This document shows, in pieces, positions 55,657 through 64,000 of a DNA stretch of 64,000 nucleotides. The stretch's first letter is position 1, and each line of letters starts with the position of its first letter. The translations under genes were made by a program, and so were the position numbers. A model generated the notes under the pieces. It did not search any database, was not told where the DNA came from, and saw only the letters and a program-made list of their open reading frames with translations. This stretch comes from Octopus bimaculoides (lineage: Eukaryota), in the NCBI RefSeq assembly GCF_001194135.2, contig NC_068990.1, forward strand, positions 7,013,950-7,077,949. The letters are read 5' to 3'.

Positions 55657-58600
55657 AAATTATAAATAATATATATACATATATATATACACGCACAGAT
55701 ATTCATCTCCCTTTTTCACTGTCCTATCTTAGAAAGAACTTTTCCCCCACCACCTCCTCTTCCGGTCTTTTCATAATGTAACCTCGTGGGCATCGGTACC
55801 ATTTTCCTCTTTCTCCGTTCTTCCATTCTCCGAACTTTCCATCTTTCCGACGAAGGGCTACGCCCGAAACGTCATACACTCTCTCTTTCCTTTCCTGAGT
55901 GTCCAATAATACTATCCATATCAATGCAGTCAAAGAAATGTATGTTTACATAGATCCTAGCATTTTGGATAACTGGATGTGCAAGTGACCCCATTTTAGT
56001 CTGGTGCATGTTATAGTAGTAGTTGCTCCCCAACTGCTGGTGTTGTTGGTGTCATAGATGTTGCATTAGGAATGGTGATGGAAGACTGGCTGTAGGTTGG
56101 GGACGGTGGTGAATAATATGGTAGTAGTAGTAGTCAGTGATGATGTTGTCTACATGGGCATTTTTGGTAATGGGGCTAAGTGTCGTGGTAGTAGAGAGTG
56201 ATGGCATTGGTGGTGTATGTTCTTGTAGTAGTCACTGGCAAGGTGGTTGGTGGCTGCCAACAGCAAACATTCTTCATCACAGCAGGCATCTATGGTGTTT
56301 GAGGCTGTGGTGGTGGAGAACAAAGTGCTGGTAATTAATAGTGCTAATCACCATTGTTGTGATGTTGTTGTTGGTCATGGTTGCAGCGATGTAGGGAGCA
56401 TCTGGTAATACATTTATAGGAGCCACTGTCCCAACTCCAATCAACCAACAAGTGACTTTTAGATTAAGTCTGTGGATCAGTAAGGATTCCTTGACAGAAA
56501 AATATTCTGTATTCCTGTCTGAGACCAGTATGGATGTGTTTATCTCTTTAGTGGTGTTGTTGCATTTGGTTAACTGTTTATGGAAGGAAGATGTGTTGGG
56601 TGTTTGTTGCTTGTTCAACTGGATGTGGAACAATCAGATTGTACTACTGATGTAACAGATGCTGCATATGGAGCACTGTATCTGGTACACTATGTTTGTT
56701 CACAGACATTCTTAGCTTCATGAAAGGATTAACTTAACAAATTTTAGAAATAATTGCATTGTAGAAGTAGCTGATTAGATATTTAGATATGATAGTTAAA
56801 TTAACCGGACAACATGCTGTACAATCTCGTCTTTTCTTGAATGTTATGAAAGTTATTTTAATGATTGTAGAAGGTATTGATATATGAAACGAGCCTATAT
56901 TGATTTATATTGAGAAATGTCAACTAATTATCTAATTTATTTTGAAATCTTTCTACTCTCTTGCACCAGGAAATTCTAGTTAGATAATATTCCCAGAACT
57001 AATCACTCTATGTTTGAGAGATAATTTTCCTGAATAGAGGTAAATCGCCCATAAAGATAGCCAAAGGTATAATTAAACTTGAATAGATACGCTGTAAAGT
57101 GTAAATTATCTTAAATATATATCTACTTTCCTTGTTCAAACCTATAACATCTTATCAAGATGAGCACTATCTTATTTCATTATTATCTGCATTGAAAAAA
57201 ATCTATATAATTTGTACTTGGACATAAACAAATTCAGATATCAAATAAGTATATGGTAGTTCCACATTATTTACAAGGTTTGTACTTCCTCTGGCTGGCC
57301 TGAATCAAATGCCATCATGTTGCTTTTTTGGAAAGGGCTGGACATAAGCAGCAAAAAAGGCAACAGAGGAGCTTTCAGACTTGTGACAGTCTATGCCCCA
57401 ACAGGAGCTGGACGGCCAGATTTCTTCAGATGTCTAGAGAATTTCCTAGGGACATCTTACTCATTAGTGTTAGTGGGCAACTGGAATGTGATCTTAGACA
57501 CAAGCAAAGATTATGTAGGGGAAGTGGATAGGGGAGTGGAGTGCAAAAGCCTTGCTAACTTCTGGCACTTCCAACTGCATGACAGGCTTCACATCAATTA
57601 CCCAAATACACCAGTGTGGACTTGGTCAAATCACAGTGGGTCATCCAGGTCATACCTAGATAGGGTTTTTATTAGGCTAGCAGAAAGACATAATATAAGT
57701 TGTCCTCATTTTCAGATCATTGGTTATTCAGATTACAAATTTGGGACCTTAGGAAAAAAAATCAAACTAGGACCTGGTTACTGCAAGATGAACACGTCCT
57801 TCCTGGTGAGGAAAGATTTCAGGGACCACATTAGTCGACAACTTAAACAGGAATTGACAGGAGCCATCATCAGCAACAGGTGGTGGGTCTCCTTAAAAAG
57901 GAAAATCAGAGAGGTGTCAGTTAGATTTAGCATAGAGATTTCTTTAGAAACCAACAAAATAGAAAATAAACTAGTTAGTAACTTAGAAGAGGCACATAAA
58001 AGTGGGATTGTAAATGACATGCAAGTGGCAAGAATGGCATTCAACCTTTTCTTTGATGTAAAACATGAAGGCTGTATTGTCCAAGCTAGGTGCATGCCTT
58101 GAAACACGAGGACTCAAAAGCTGTTGGTTGGGCCCAAGTAGTAGAGACACAGAATGGAAACAAATCTAAGATTTGCTCTGTGATGGACTGCAGTGGCCAT
58201 ATGCAATCCAATTCCAAACAGATAAGTGCAGTGTTTTGGCAGCATTTTGAGAACCTCTTCTCAAGGGGAGGCATTCTTGACACTGTGGGCTTTGGGGTTT
58301 ACCTTGAGGGTAAGCCACATCTATCGGACAAGGATACTGAGTGCTGCAAGAAGCTGATTTCAGTGGAGATGGTCTGCCTTATGAAATATATGCCCACATG
58401 TCAGACTTGTTTGTGCCAGTTTTAGCAGCTGTCTACTGCTCCTGGCAACAGACAAGAAGCATGCCCCGTCATGTGAGTTGGGGTGTGGTGATACTGCTGA
58501 GAAAAGATCCAAACAAGGAGGATGTGACTGAAAACTTGAGGCCCATAACTCTACTCAACACTGAGTTAAAGATTTTAGCTAAGTTGCTCACCAAGAGGCT

Positions 58601-60899
58601 GGCGCTTGTTGTCGGTAGTATAGTCAAGGATGCACAAACTTGTGCAATTCCTGGTAGATCTATCCCTGACAGTTTCAGGAATAGATTGGTTTGGAGGGGC
58701 AAGGTTGAGTGTTGGTATCTAGAATGTTGCCAGGTGCTCATTGCACTGTACCAGCTGCCCAAGACTATTAGTAGGAAAACAGTCCAAGAATTCTATAGGG
58801 GGCTAGTTGATGGTATGAGTGATGATGGCCTAGGATCAAATCTAGGCATCGATGAGAACAGTCTGAGTAGTCTCTTCTAGAGGACTTTCAAGTTGATGAT
58901 CATGGACAATTTCCAAAACTCTTTGGCTTGGCAGTGCTACAGAGGGGCATTGCCGATTTGAGACAAGCTCTTCAGGCATGGAAGTGCCAACAGCTGAACC
59001 TGCTCATGATGCTTGCAAGGGGATGAAACCATCCTGCATGCAACAATTCAGTGTCCGCGCATGAGAGAGTCGTGGGATTGAGTAGAGCAGTGGTTGTTAT
59101 GTGTAAGACGAACTCAGCTGTCTGCTGAGTGTATAGTGAGGATTGACACACCACCTTCCCTTAGCAGAGAAAGAAGGCAGATCTTTCTCTGCTTAGCAGC
59201 TGTGGCAAAAGAGGCTGTATAGTGGACCCGTCTGAAAGGTTTGAGGATAGGTACATACCTATCTGGTCAAGACCTCATCAGTTTCTTCAAATATCATTTG
59301 AAGAGGAAGGTGAGGGTAGAGAAGGAGATGCTGCCTTCTAGTGTGTTTATCAAAAAGGGGTCAAAAGTGGCAAGACTGGTGAGACTGAATGGATCGACTC
59401 TAAATCTGATTTTCTAAGCAGGAGGAAAGGGCACTTTCCCATGCCTTGGAGATGGTGGATCAATCCAGGATTTTTGTGTGGTGTTTACCCCTGATTACTC
59501 GAAGTGGATTGCTCCACTATTGGGAATTCTATTTATTTATTTATTTATTATTTATTTCTCTACTTTCTATTATATATTCTCTGTTATACCCTTTGACGTG
59601 GTAGTATCTCCCCTAGATTGATATTAACCCCACATGTTTTTGTAGTTTTTGTAATTGTTTTTTTTTGTGCTGTAACTCAACCTTCGATATTGTCCTCCAT
59701 GTCTTGGGCCCTTGTGGCCAATAAAAGAAATCAGCATTATTATTATGAAGGCTACAAGCTGGCAGAATCATTAGCATGTCAGGCAAAATGTTTAGCGGTA
59801 TATCGTCTGGCTTCACGTTCTGAGTTCAAATTCTTTTGCGGTCGACTTTACCTGTCATCTTTTGGTGCCAATAAATTAGGTACCAGAGAAGTACTGGAGT
59901 TGATGTAATCCGTTAGTCCCTACAACACCATATTTCAGGCCTTGTGTGTCTAGCAGAAAGTATTACTATTATTATTGTTGTTGTTATTGTTGTTATTTTT
60001 AGAATGTTACCTGTCATTTGATGAATAACCTTGAAACTGCACTTTTGCCATTATAGATATTATTAGAAAATATGGCATACATACAATTATTATTATTTAA
60101 CTTTTATCAAATTTATTGATGCTTGCACACAATGGTGATATAAATGCTAATTTTGAAAAGAAAAACTTTTATTACCTTAAAATAAAATCAAACAAAAATT
60201 TCTCATTTGCATATCTCCTCTCATAACTACTCTTTTCTTCACTCCCTCACCTTTTCCTCCTTCTCTGTCTCTACGATTCTTTCTCTCTCACTCTGTGTGT
60301 ATGAGTGTAGCATTCCATTAATCAGTACCTGCGGCCAAAGTTAATATGTGTACCCGTCTTGCACCTTTTCTGTTGTATTTCTCTTTTACCCTTTCCCCTC
60401 CCTCTGACTGGAAGAGTCAGACTAGCAAACAGCCAGCTAACCAGCCAACACTCACCCCCACCCCCACCACCACCACCATTTAACGATCTCTTTCCATTCT
60501 GGCAATGGTTGGACAGTTTGACAGGGGCTGGCCAGGTAGGAGCCTGTCTCATGCTTCTGAGTCTATGGAATGGTTTTTACAGCTGGATGCCCTTCCTAAC
60601 ACCAACTTCTCCATAGAGTGAGCTGGGTGCTTTTTATGTGGTACTCACACAAGAGTACTCAGTTTTGGTATGGGTTTTACAGCTGGATGCCCCTTTAAAT
60701 ATCAACCACTTTACAGTGTAGACTGGGTGCTTTTTATGTGGCACCTGCACTGCCAGGGCCATCAAGTGACTTTACAAGACACAGAGTTTTTGAGAGGGGA
60801 ATGGGCACTGGAGGAGGTGATTTTGCGTCAGATGATGAAAGATTAGAGTATGACAGAGGCAGAAACAGATGTCTTGCTGTAGAGGAAATCCATGGTTAC

Positions 60900-60946
<47 letters not shown>

Positions 60947-61598
60947 GAAAGAGGAGTCTATTATTAAACAGGGATAATTATTATTGTTATTGTTGCTGTT
61001 GTTGTTGTTGGCATTGACTCTTATAATGTTATGACTTCCTTTTTAATTTCCTTTCAAAACATTTTATTTCAAGCATTATCATATAAAATTTTCTTTGGAG
61101 TATTTGTAAAAAGAACTATAATCACTTTATCTTTTAGCATTCATGTTACTCTGTCGAATATAAATCTTATTTAATCATATTGCTTTGAATTAATCTCATC
61201 AATTATCTCATAGCTTTTTCATTTCAATGATATCATTAACTTTTAGTATAACATTTTAGTGTAGGTGTGAAAGGCCAAATGTGGCTGCTTTGAATATAAA
61301 ACAGGTAAAATATTTGGGTTGGATATTTGGATAAAATATTTGGGTTGTTTTAAATGCTAAGGAGTGCAAGAGGGCTTCCTTTGATAACTTTTTTCTTTGC
61401 AGTCTTTGAATACGCTCTATCCTGGCAACAAGTCAAGAATTAAAGATGAAGACATCTTGGAACAAATGCAGTTGAAACTTTATGCCAATAGCTTGTCACG
61501 AGCTGTCGTCACTCTTGAACAACGGTTAATTTTATCACTTACAGAAACCAAAGAACTACTGAAAGACATCTCCTTTCCACTTGATTGTAATACTGCAG
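16138..61598 (+). CDS. DNAH5: Multi-exon gene span (partial, N-terminal region): outer-arm axonemal dynein heavy chain, DNAH5/DNAH8-like
   Basis: AG/GT-bounded exons splice in frame to [141 protein letters not shown]...-SLNTLYPG.... This is colinear with the DNAH5 N-terminus as I recall it (LDARHNYLFAIVASCLDL...LMFYYQD...[18 protein letters not shown]). DNAH5 versus DNAH8 cannot be resolved here. Confidence 0.85.
16860..18103 (-). mobile_element. Tc1-family DNA transposon (DD34E-type), full span, frameshifted transposase
   Basis: TIRs caggggttggacaaaataatggaaa at both ends, flanked by TA. Transposase motif [13 protein letters not shown]...[14 protein letters not shown]. Confidence 0.9.
18136..18234. 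mobile_element. Extra Tc1 terminal fragment inverted against the end of the adjacent element
   Basis: Reverse complement of 18014-18103 across a (TA)n tract, with a few differences. Confidence 0.85.
18936..19025 (+). CDS. DNAH5: Dynein heavy chain exon (90 nt): [30 protein letters not shown]
   Basis: Acceptor atttcatttcag, donor TCT|gtaagt, coiled-coil-like peptide, in frame with the next exon. Confidence 0.8.
19295..19590 (+). mobile_element. tRNA-derived SINE
   Basis: gcacaggagtggct...cagtcccactgtgtggc...ggaaactgaaaagaa. Confidence 0.75.
19640..20745 (-). mobile_element. Decayed non-LTR retrotransposon RT, HERO/NeSL-like (restriction-like endonuclease group)
   Basis: [12 protein letters not shown]...ALEMYHVP...[13 protein letters not shown]...VRVFIDN...LRAGRK. 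Confidence 0.75.
22238..22945 (+). mobile_element. RTE LINE 3' end
   Basis: ORF 22249-22578 with [20 protein letters not shown]...[10 protein letters not shown]...DRDLW, then the 3' UTR and (GAT)n tail. Confidence 0.9.
23160..25265 (-). mobile_element. Rearranged Penelope-like element with long inverted arms (GIY-YIG C-terminus and 3' UTR in both orientations)
   Basis: About 23580-24125 is the reverse complement of about 24670-25265. The + arm encodes [11 protein letters not shown]...SSVLYQH...[11 protein letters not shown]...SLN. Confidence 0.7.
25541..25573 (+). CDS. DNAH5: Dynein heavy chain micro-exon (33 nt): [11 protein letters not shown]
   Basis: Acceptor ttttattttcag, donor TTG|gtaagt. 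Resembles DNAH5 LDARHNYLFAI. Confidence 0.85.
26240..27000 (-). mobile_element. Penelope-like element fragment (RT/EN linker and GIY-YIG)
   Basis: [16 protein letters not shown]...AFKKVKNL...[15 protein letters not shown]...ETG...SHFNSRG. Confidence 0.7.
26700..26899. repeat. 25-bp minisatellite, 8 copies
   Basis: Unit gatgaaggaaa(g/a)tagagtcaggtca. Confidence 0.95.
27973..28146. repeat. 15-bp minisatellite, about 11-12 copies, inside an RTE 3' UTR remnant
   Basis: Unit gctcctgcc(a/t)agccg, flanked by ctggtgcag and gtcaaactgtccaacccat. Confidence 0.95.
28670..29185 (+). mobile_element. RTE LINE 3' UTR with long (GAT)n tail
   Basis: Same 3' UTR as 12815, including the cttgcgaagacctgttg tandem module. 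Confidence 0.85.
29844..30286. repeat. Inverted repeat with arms of about 155 bp around a (TA)n core
   Basis: 29844-29999 is the diverged reverse complement of 30123-30286. Confidence 0.9.
30407..30421. promoter_or_regulatory. RFX X-box-like site GTTGCCATAGACAAC in a dynein intron
   Basis: Two half sites, GTTGCC and GACAAC, separated by 3 nt. Fits the relaxed X-box consensus and lies in non-repeat sequence of a cilia gene. Confidence 0.45.
30530..30835 (+). mobile_element. Tc1/mariner-superfamily 5' fragment (TIR and HTH region)
   Basis: ta|cagggtgtggac start in (TA)n; [22 protein letters not shown]...HSKCSD. Confidence 0.6.
32558..32620 (+). CDS. DNAH5: Dynein heavy chain exon (63 nt): [21 protein letters not shown]
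   Basis: Acceptor ctttcttttattcag, donor AAG|gtattt. Resembles DNAH5 [21 protein letters not shown]. Confidence 0.85.
35272..35490 (+). mobile_element. Short tRNA-type SINE
   Basis: gaactggcggaattgttagc...gagttcaaattctgccg...ccccgaaattg. Confidence 0.75.
35555..35895 (+). mobile_element. tRNA-derived SINE of a second family
   Basis: tRNA-like head gctcagtggttaaagtg...gagtttgattcc, then ttgagcaagacgctt...ctgtagaaatgag. Confidence 0.7.
36950..37800 (-). mobile_element. Decayed RTE (BovB-like) LINE C-terminal region
   Basis: LVYSSET*...[15 protein letters not shown]...QLQ*TGHLIHM, followed by a terminal CHFC...GLKQHLNIH zinc finger. Confidence 0.65.
38259..38477. mobile_element. Mariner-derived MITE
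   Basis: TIRs ggagggagtgctgaaaagttcttggcttt and aaagccaggacattttcagcacccccttg, with TA flanks. Confidence 0.8.
38541..38615 (+). CDS. DNAH5: Dynein heavy chain exon (75 nt): [25 protein letters not shown]
   Basis: Acceptor ttctcttttctag, donor AAG|gtaagt. LLFFYQD matches DNAH5 LMFYYQD. Confidence 0.9.
38642..40759 (+). mobile_element. pogo/Tigger-family DNA transposon (CENPB-HTH and DDE_1), decayed
   Basis: TIRs ccatatttac..gtcacac at both ends with TA flanks. Motifs [42 protein letters not shown]. Confidence 0.85.
42752..42826 (+). CDS. DNAH5: Duplicated dynein exon, copy A (75 nt): [25 protein letters not shown] (alternative exon or pseudoexon)
   Basis: Acceptor ttgcttttcag, donor GAG|gtttgg, open frame, phase 0-0. 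Paralogous to 45441-45518 including the flanks. Confidence 0.6.
44610..44825 (+). mobile_element. Short tRNA-type SINE
   Basis: ggcaggtgagctggcagaatcattagc...gagttcaaa. Confidence 0.8.
45441..45518 (+). CDS. DNAH5: Duplicated dynein exon, copy B (78 nt): [26 protein letters not shown]
   Basis: Acceptor tgtttttcag, donor GAG|gtttgg. FLITTGNDE resembles DNAH5 VFVTEGNDV. Confidence 0.85.
46327..46500 (+). mobile_element. 5S-rRNA-headed SINE-like element (5S-derived 46327-46429 plus SINE tail)
   Basis: cgttgaaagcaccggttctcgtccgatcacc...gttagtacttagatgagtgaccgcttgggaa...gtgctgtaagc is a 5'-truncated 5S rRNA copy. It is followed by ggcggtgcccaagcatgaccacag...ctgaaacc, which resembles the tRNA-SINE tail. 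Confidence 0.75.
46654..47022 (-). mobile_element. Internally deleted mariner element
   Basis: TIRs of about 40 bp (gttgagg.aaaagtttgtg.gcc.tgttaaaataatg) with TA flanks. Remnant [23 protein letters not shown]. Confidence 0.85.
47373..47534 (+). CDS. DNAH5: Dynein heavy chain exon (162 nt): [54 protein letters not shown]
   Basis: Acceptor taattattag, donor CAG|gtaagg. Resembles DNAH5 [23 protein letters not shown]...GGLL. Confidence 0.9.
47740..47925 (+). mobile_element. Short tRNA-type SINE (5' truncated)
   Basis: gcgaaatgcttagcggtatttcgtctg...gagttcaaattcc. Confidence 0.8.
48205..48670 (+). mobile_element. tRNA-derived SINE
   Basis: gagtggtaagaagtttgcttcccaacc...gtgctccagcatgg...gaaacaag. 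Confidence 0.8.
48730..49425 (+). mobile_element. Penelope-like 3' end: GIY-YIG C-terminus and terminal repeat with hammerhead-like motif
   Basis: [11 protein letters not shown] (frameshift in the A run) [34 protein letters not shown]...GAAA at 49316-49384. Confidence 0.75.
54190..55574 (-). mobile_element. Penelope-like retroelement, RT and GIY-YIG, 5' truncated and decayed
   Basis: LINPAK*ELG...[12 protein letters not shown]...[10 protein letters not shown]...[11 protein letters not shown], then [18 protein letters not shown]...[20 protein letters not shown]. Confidence 0.9.
55847..55873 (+). ncRNA. Minimal Penelope-type hammerhead-like motif
   Basis: CCGACGA-A-GGGC-UAC-GCCC-GAAA-CGUC, with palindromic ACGU helix III. 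U4 is C and stem I is weak. Confidence 0.55.
56430..56700 (-). mobile_element. Second Penelope-like GIY-YIG fragment
   Basis: [19 protein letters not shown]...SSFHKQL...[10 protein letters not shown]. Confidence 0.65.
57290..59735 (+). mobile_element. Tx1/L1-clade LINE ORF2 remnant with large internal deletion
   Basis: APE endonuclease FRLVTVYAP...[10 protein letters not shown]; RT start [15 protein letters not shown]...[10 protein letters not shown]; then directly the C-terminal region (WQCYRGALP...ETILH..IQC) and aataaa. Confidence 0.85.
59745..59960 (+). mobile_element. Short tRNA-type SINE
   Basis: agctggcagaatcattagc...gagttcaaattc. Confidence 0.75.
60480..60900 (-). mobile_element. 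RTE LINE 3' UTR remnants
   Basis: tttaacgatc...cagctggatgcccttcctaacaccaac, present twice. Confidence 0.65.
61403..61598 (+). CDS. DNAH5: Dynein heavy chain exon (196 nt, phase 0 to 1): [65 protein letters not shown]
   Basis: Acceptor tttttctttgcag, donor CAG|gtactt. Coincides with ORF 61397-61609 and is colinear with the DNAH5 segment [21 protein letters not shown]...KEPTDY. Confidence 0.8.
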
Positions 61599-63771
61599 GT
61601 ACTTTATAAATGTTTCAATAATGGGTCATGTAATAATTCAAAAATAGAGAACACAATTTCTCTCTTTGCCTACCCTAAAATCTTGTAATTTTTCACCAAA
61701 TGTTCTAATCTTCACGAAGTCACTGTTATATTCTGTTGTAAGTAGTTTTTTCAACTTTATATTTTCTGACGCGACTCTATCTCTTTCTCTATCACTTTTT
61801 CCCCCTCTCATTCTTCCTCTGTTACTACTACGTATCTCTCTTTACCCCTCTCGTTCTTCCTTCTGTTACTACTATATCTCTCTCTTTCCCCTCTCGTTCT
61901 TCCTTCTGTTACTACTATATTTCTCTCTTCCTCTCTTTCTCTCGTTGCTCACCTATTCTTCTACTTCCTCCCCTTGTTTCTCCCTCTACCACTCTCTCTC
62001 TTCCTTACCCCTCCCTGGTCACATGCTTCCGGTCACTAATCCTTTTCTTCCTTGGCTATCGCCGAGTAAACACGCGAACTTACTTCGTCCCGGCTTTCAG
62101 TTCGTGCCTCACAGCATTCATATACACATAATTTTTCATGTCTGGCCGCACAGCGTTTTCCGTTTGTTTTCCTGTCTTGTTTTTTGTCTGCCACTACATT
62201 CCTCCATGGCACAGGTTCAATTTGTGTATACAAATTTAATTTGCGGTCCATGGGAAGAGCCATTTTAACGATGCGTCGATGAAGGAAAATGTTCTCTATG
62301 TGGCTGGTGTGTTTTCTGTACTCTGGTTATTATTATTTTCTTGTCTACGTTTTGTTTGCAATGTCCTGTACCCAGATTCGCACCTATATATACAGGTAGA
62401 CGTAGGTATGCACATACCTGTACGTATATATGCATATACTCATTTATCATTTGTTTTACATGATCGAACGCCTGTGTCATCCCTGTTGTAAGCAGTTTTT
62501 TCAACTTTATATATATATATATATAAACAAATATATAAAGACAACACTCGTTATTATATTAGGAGATTATACATACATTTTAACACTTTACAGTATACTT
62601 ACATATATACATAATTCTATACATTGATCTAAAACAACAGGATTTCTAAATCAAGACCGGAATTTAAGAGAAGTGAAAACCAAAAGGTCTCATGATTTTC
62701 AATGAAGGATTTTATTTTAGATATTCTCATTCTAAAAATCATCTCTGGCTAATCATTGAGAGGACATTGCTGTTGCATTGGCAGAGGTGTGCGCTCTCTG
62801 AGTGCTCTTCTTGTAATATAGTCTTATGCTATAAATTACCTTACATTCTTAACTATACTATTCTACATACTTTAGTCTGCAGGGAAAATTATTATCAAAA
62901 CCACACATTGGAGAATACTATTTGGGGTGGGAGTGTTTTGCCTGGAAATGCAGAATGCAAAGCTTCCTTGATTGAAGGGAGTTATTGTGAAGCCAGAGTG
63001 TAATTAGTCATTTTTTATCTTATTTAATTAAATAAACCTCCCAGAATAATTCAACTCAAAACATTGAAATATATGCAAATGTTAGATGTTAAGGTATCAT
63101 GATGGTAGGGTAGCTTTTAGTATTTAAAGTCTCCAATAATTTCTTTGCTTTATTGATTTCTTTTCCAGTTCTAATTTTCTCTGGTTGTATCTAAGTATCT
63201 ATTTACTTTGTTCTTGTCTACATTGATTTTTCCTTATCTGTCGTTTTTTCACCTAGTTAAGGTGTTACATTCTTAGCCATGGCATTTATAGAGACAATAC
63301 ACATAATTAGGCAAAGAACAGAGACATATAAAGTGAAAACAACGTTTTCAAAGAAGAGTTGTGTCTGCATCTACAACAGTCAATTTAATAAAATTTAAAA
63401 AGAAGCAATATTTCTGTTTGGGAAGAAATATCAAATCTTCTGGGCATATACCGGAAGGTTCAATATTTCTTGCTATAAATTTATATTAGGGAAGATAAAC
63501 ATTTGAAATTGTAACATTCACAAAAAAGAAAAGACAAAAAGAAAACCCACATTACAGAAGGAAAAAAAACTCACATTACAGACTTAGTATATTGAAATGT
63601 TACTATCACAGTTCCAGATATATATTTAGCAATAGTTTAAATGATGAACACTTACATTAATTTTAATGTATGAGCATACAGTTTGATCAACTGGACAACC
63701 TGTTTAGGTGACTTAGTATCCCACAGATATATGAAACTTTAATGTATTTCTTAGGTAGAATCAACATGACA

Positions 63772-64000
63772 GTGTTGGACCTTTGAATAACTGTGTGCTG
63801 GACCTTCGAATAACTGTGTGCTGGACCTTCGAATAACTGTGTGCTGGACCTTTGAATAACTGTGTACTGGACCTTTGAATAACTGTGTGCTGGACCTTTG
63901 AATAACTGTGTGCTGGACCTTTGAATAACTGTGTGCTGGACCTTCGAATAACTGTGTGCTGGACCTTTGAATAACTGTGTGCTGGACCTTTGAATAACTG
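63772..64000. repeat. 23-bp tandem repeat, about 10 copies, running off the window end
   Basis: Unit ctgtgtgctggacctt(t/c)gaataa. Confidence 0.95.

Noticed and set aside
61666-62268. 200-aa hydrophobic ORF
   Set aside because: Low-complexity CT-rich repeat, related to the inverse repeat at about 49930-50340.
62692-63003. ORF as the next dynein exon (IERTLLLHWQR loosely like IEDCMKVW)
   Set aside because: The good acceptor (ttttag at about 62720) gives the wrong phase and an early stop after the phase-1 donor at 61598.

Overview
AT-rich, microsatellite- and gap-rich animal genomic DNA. The repeat families look like those of Octopus (coleoid cephalopod); this is an inference. Most long ORFs in the track are microsatellite or N-gap artefacts or dead transposons. 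The real host gene is the 5' part of an outer-arm axonemal dynein heavy chain (DNAH5/DNAH8-like) on the + strand. It is split into small exons at 18936, 25541, 32558, 38541, 42752/45441, 47373 and 61403, with a possible further exon at 16138. The start codon and the rest of the gene were not located. The most notable feature is a tandemly duplicated coding exon (42752-42826 and 45441-45518): both copies are in frame with intact splice sites, so they are candidate alternative or mutually exclusive exons. The introns hold Tc1/mariner, pogo, RTE, Tx1/L1, HERO-like and Penelope-like elements. Several Penelope-linked hammerhead-ribozyme-like motifs, a 5S-rRNA-headed SINE-like element, long inverted repeats and an intronic RFX X-box are also present. 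Upstream are a Merlin (IS1595-like) transposase and a CpG-rich housekeeping-type promoter cluster at about 350-450. No true tRNA or rRNA gene and no CRISPR array were found. Repeat boundaries were read by eye and are approximate. All homology calls come from motif recognition, not database searches.
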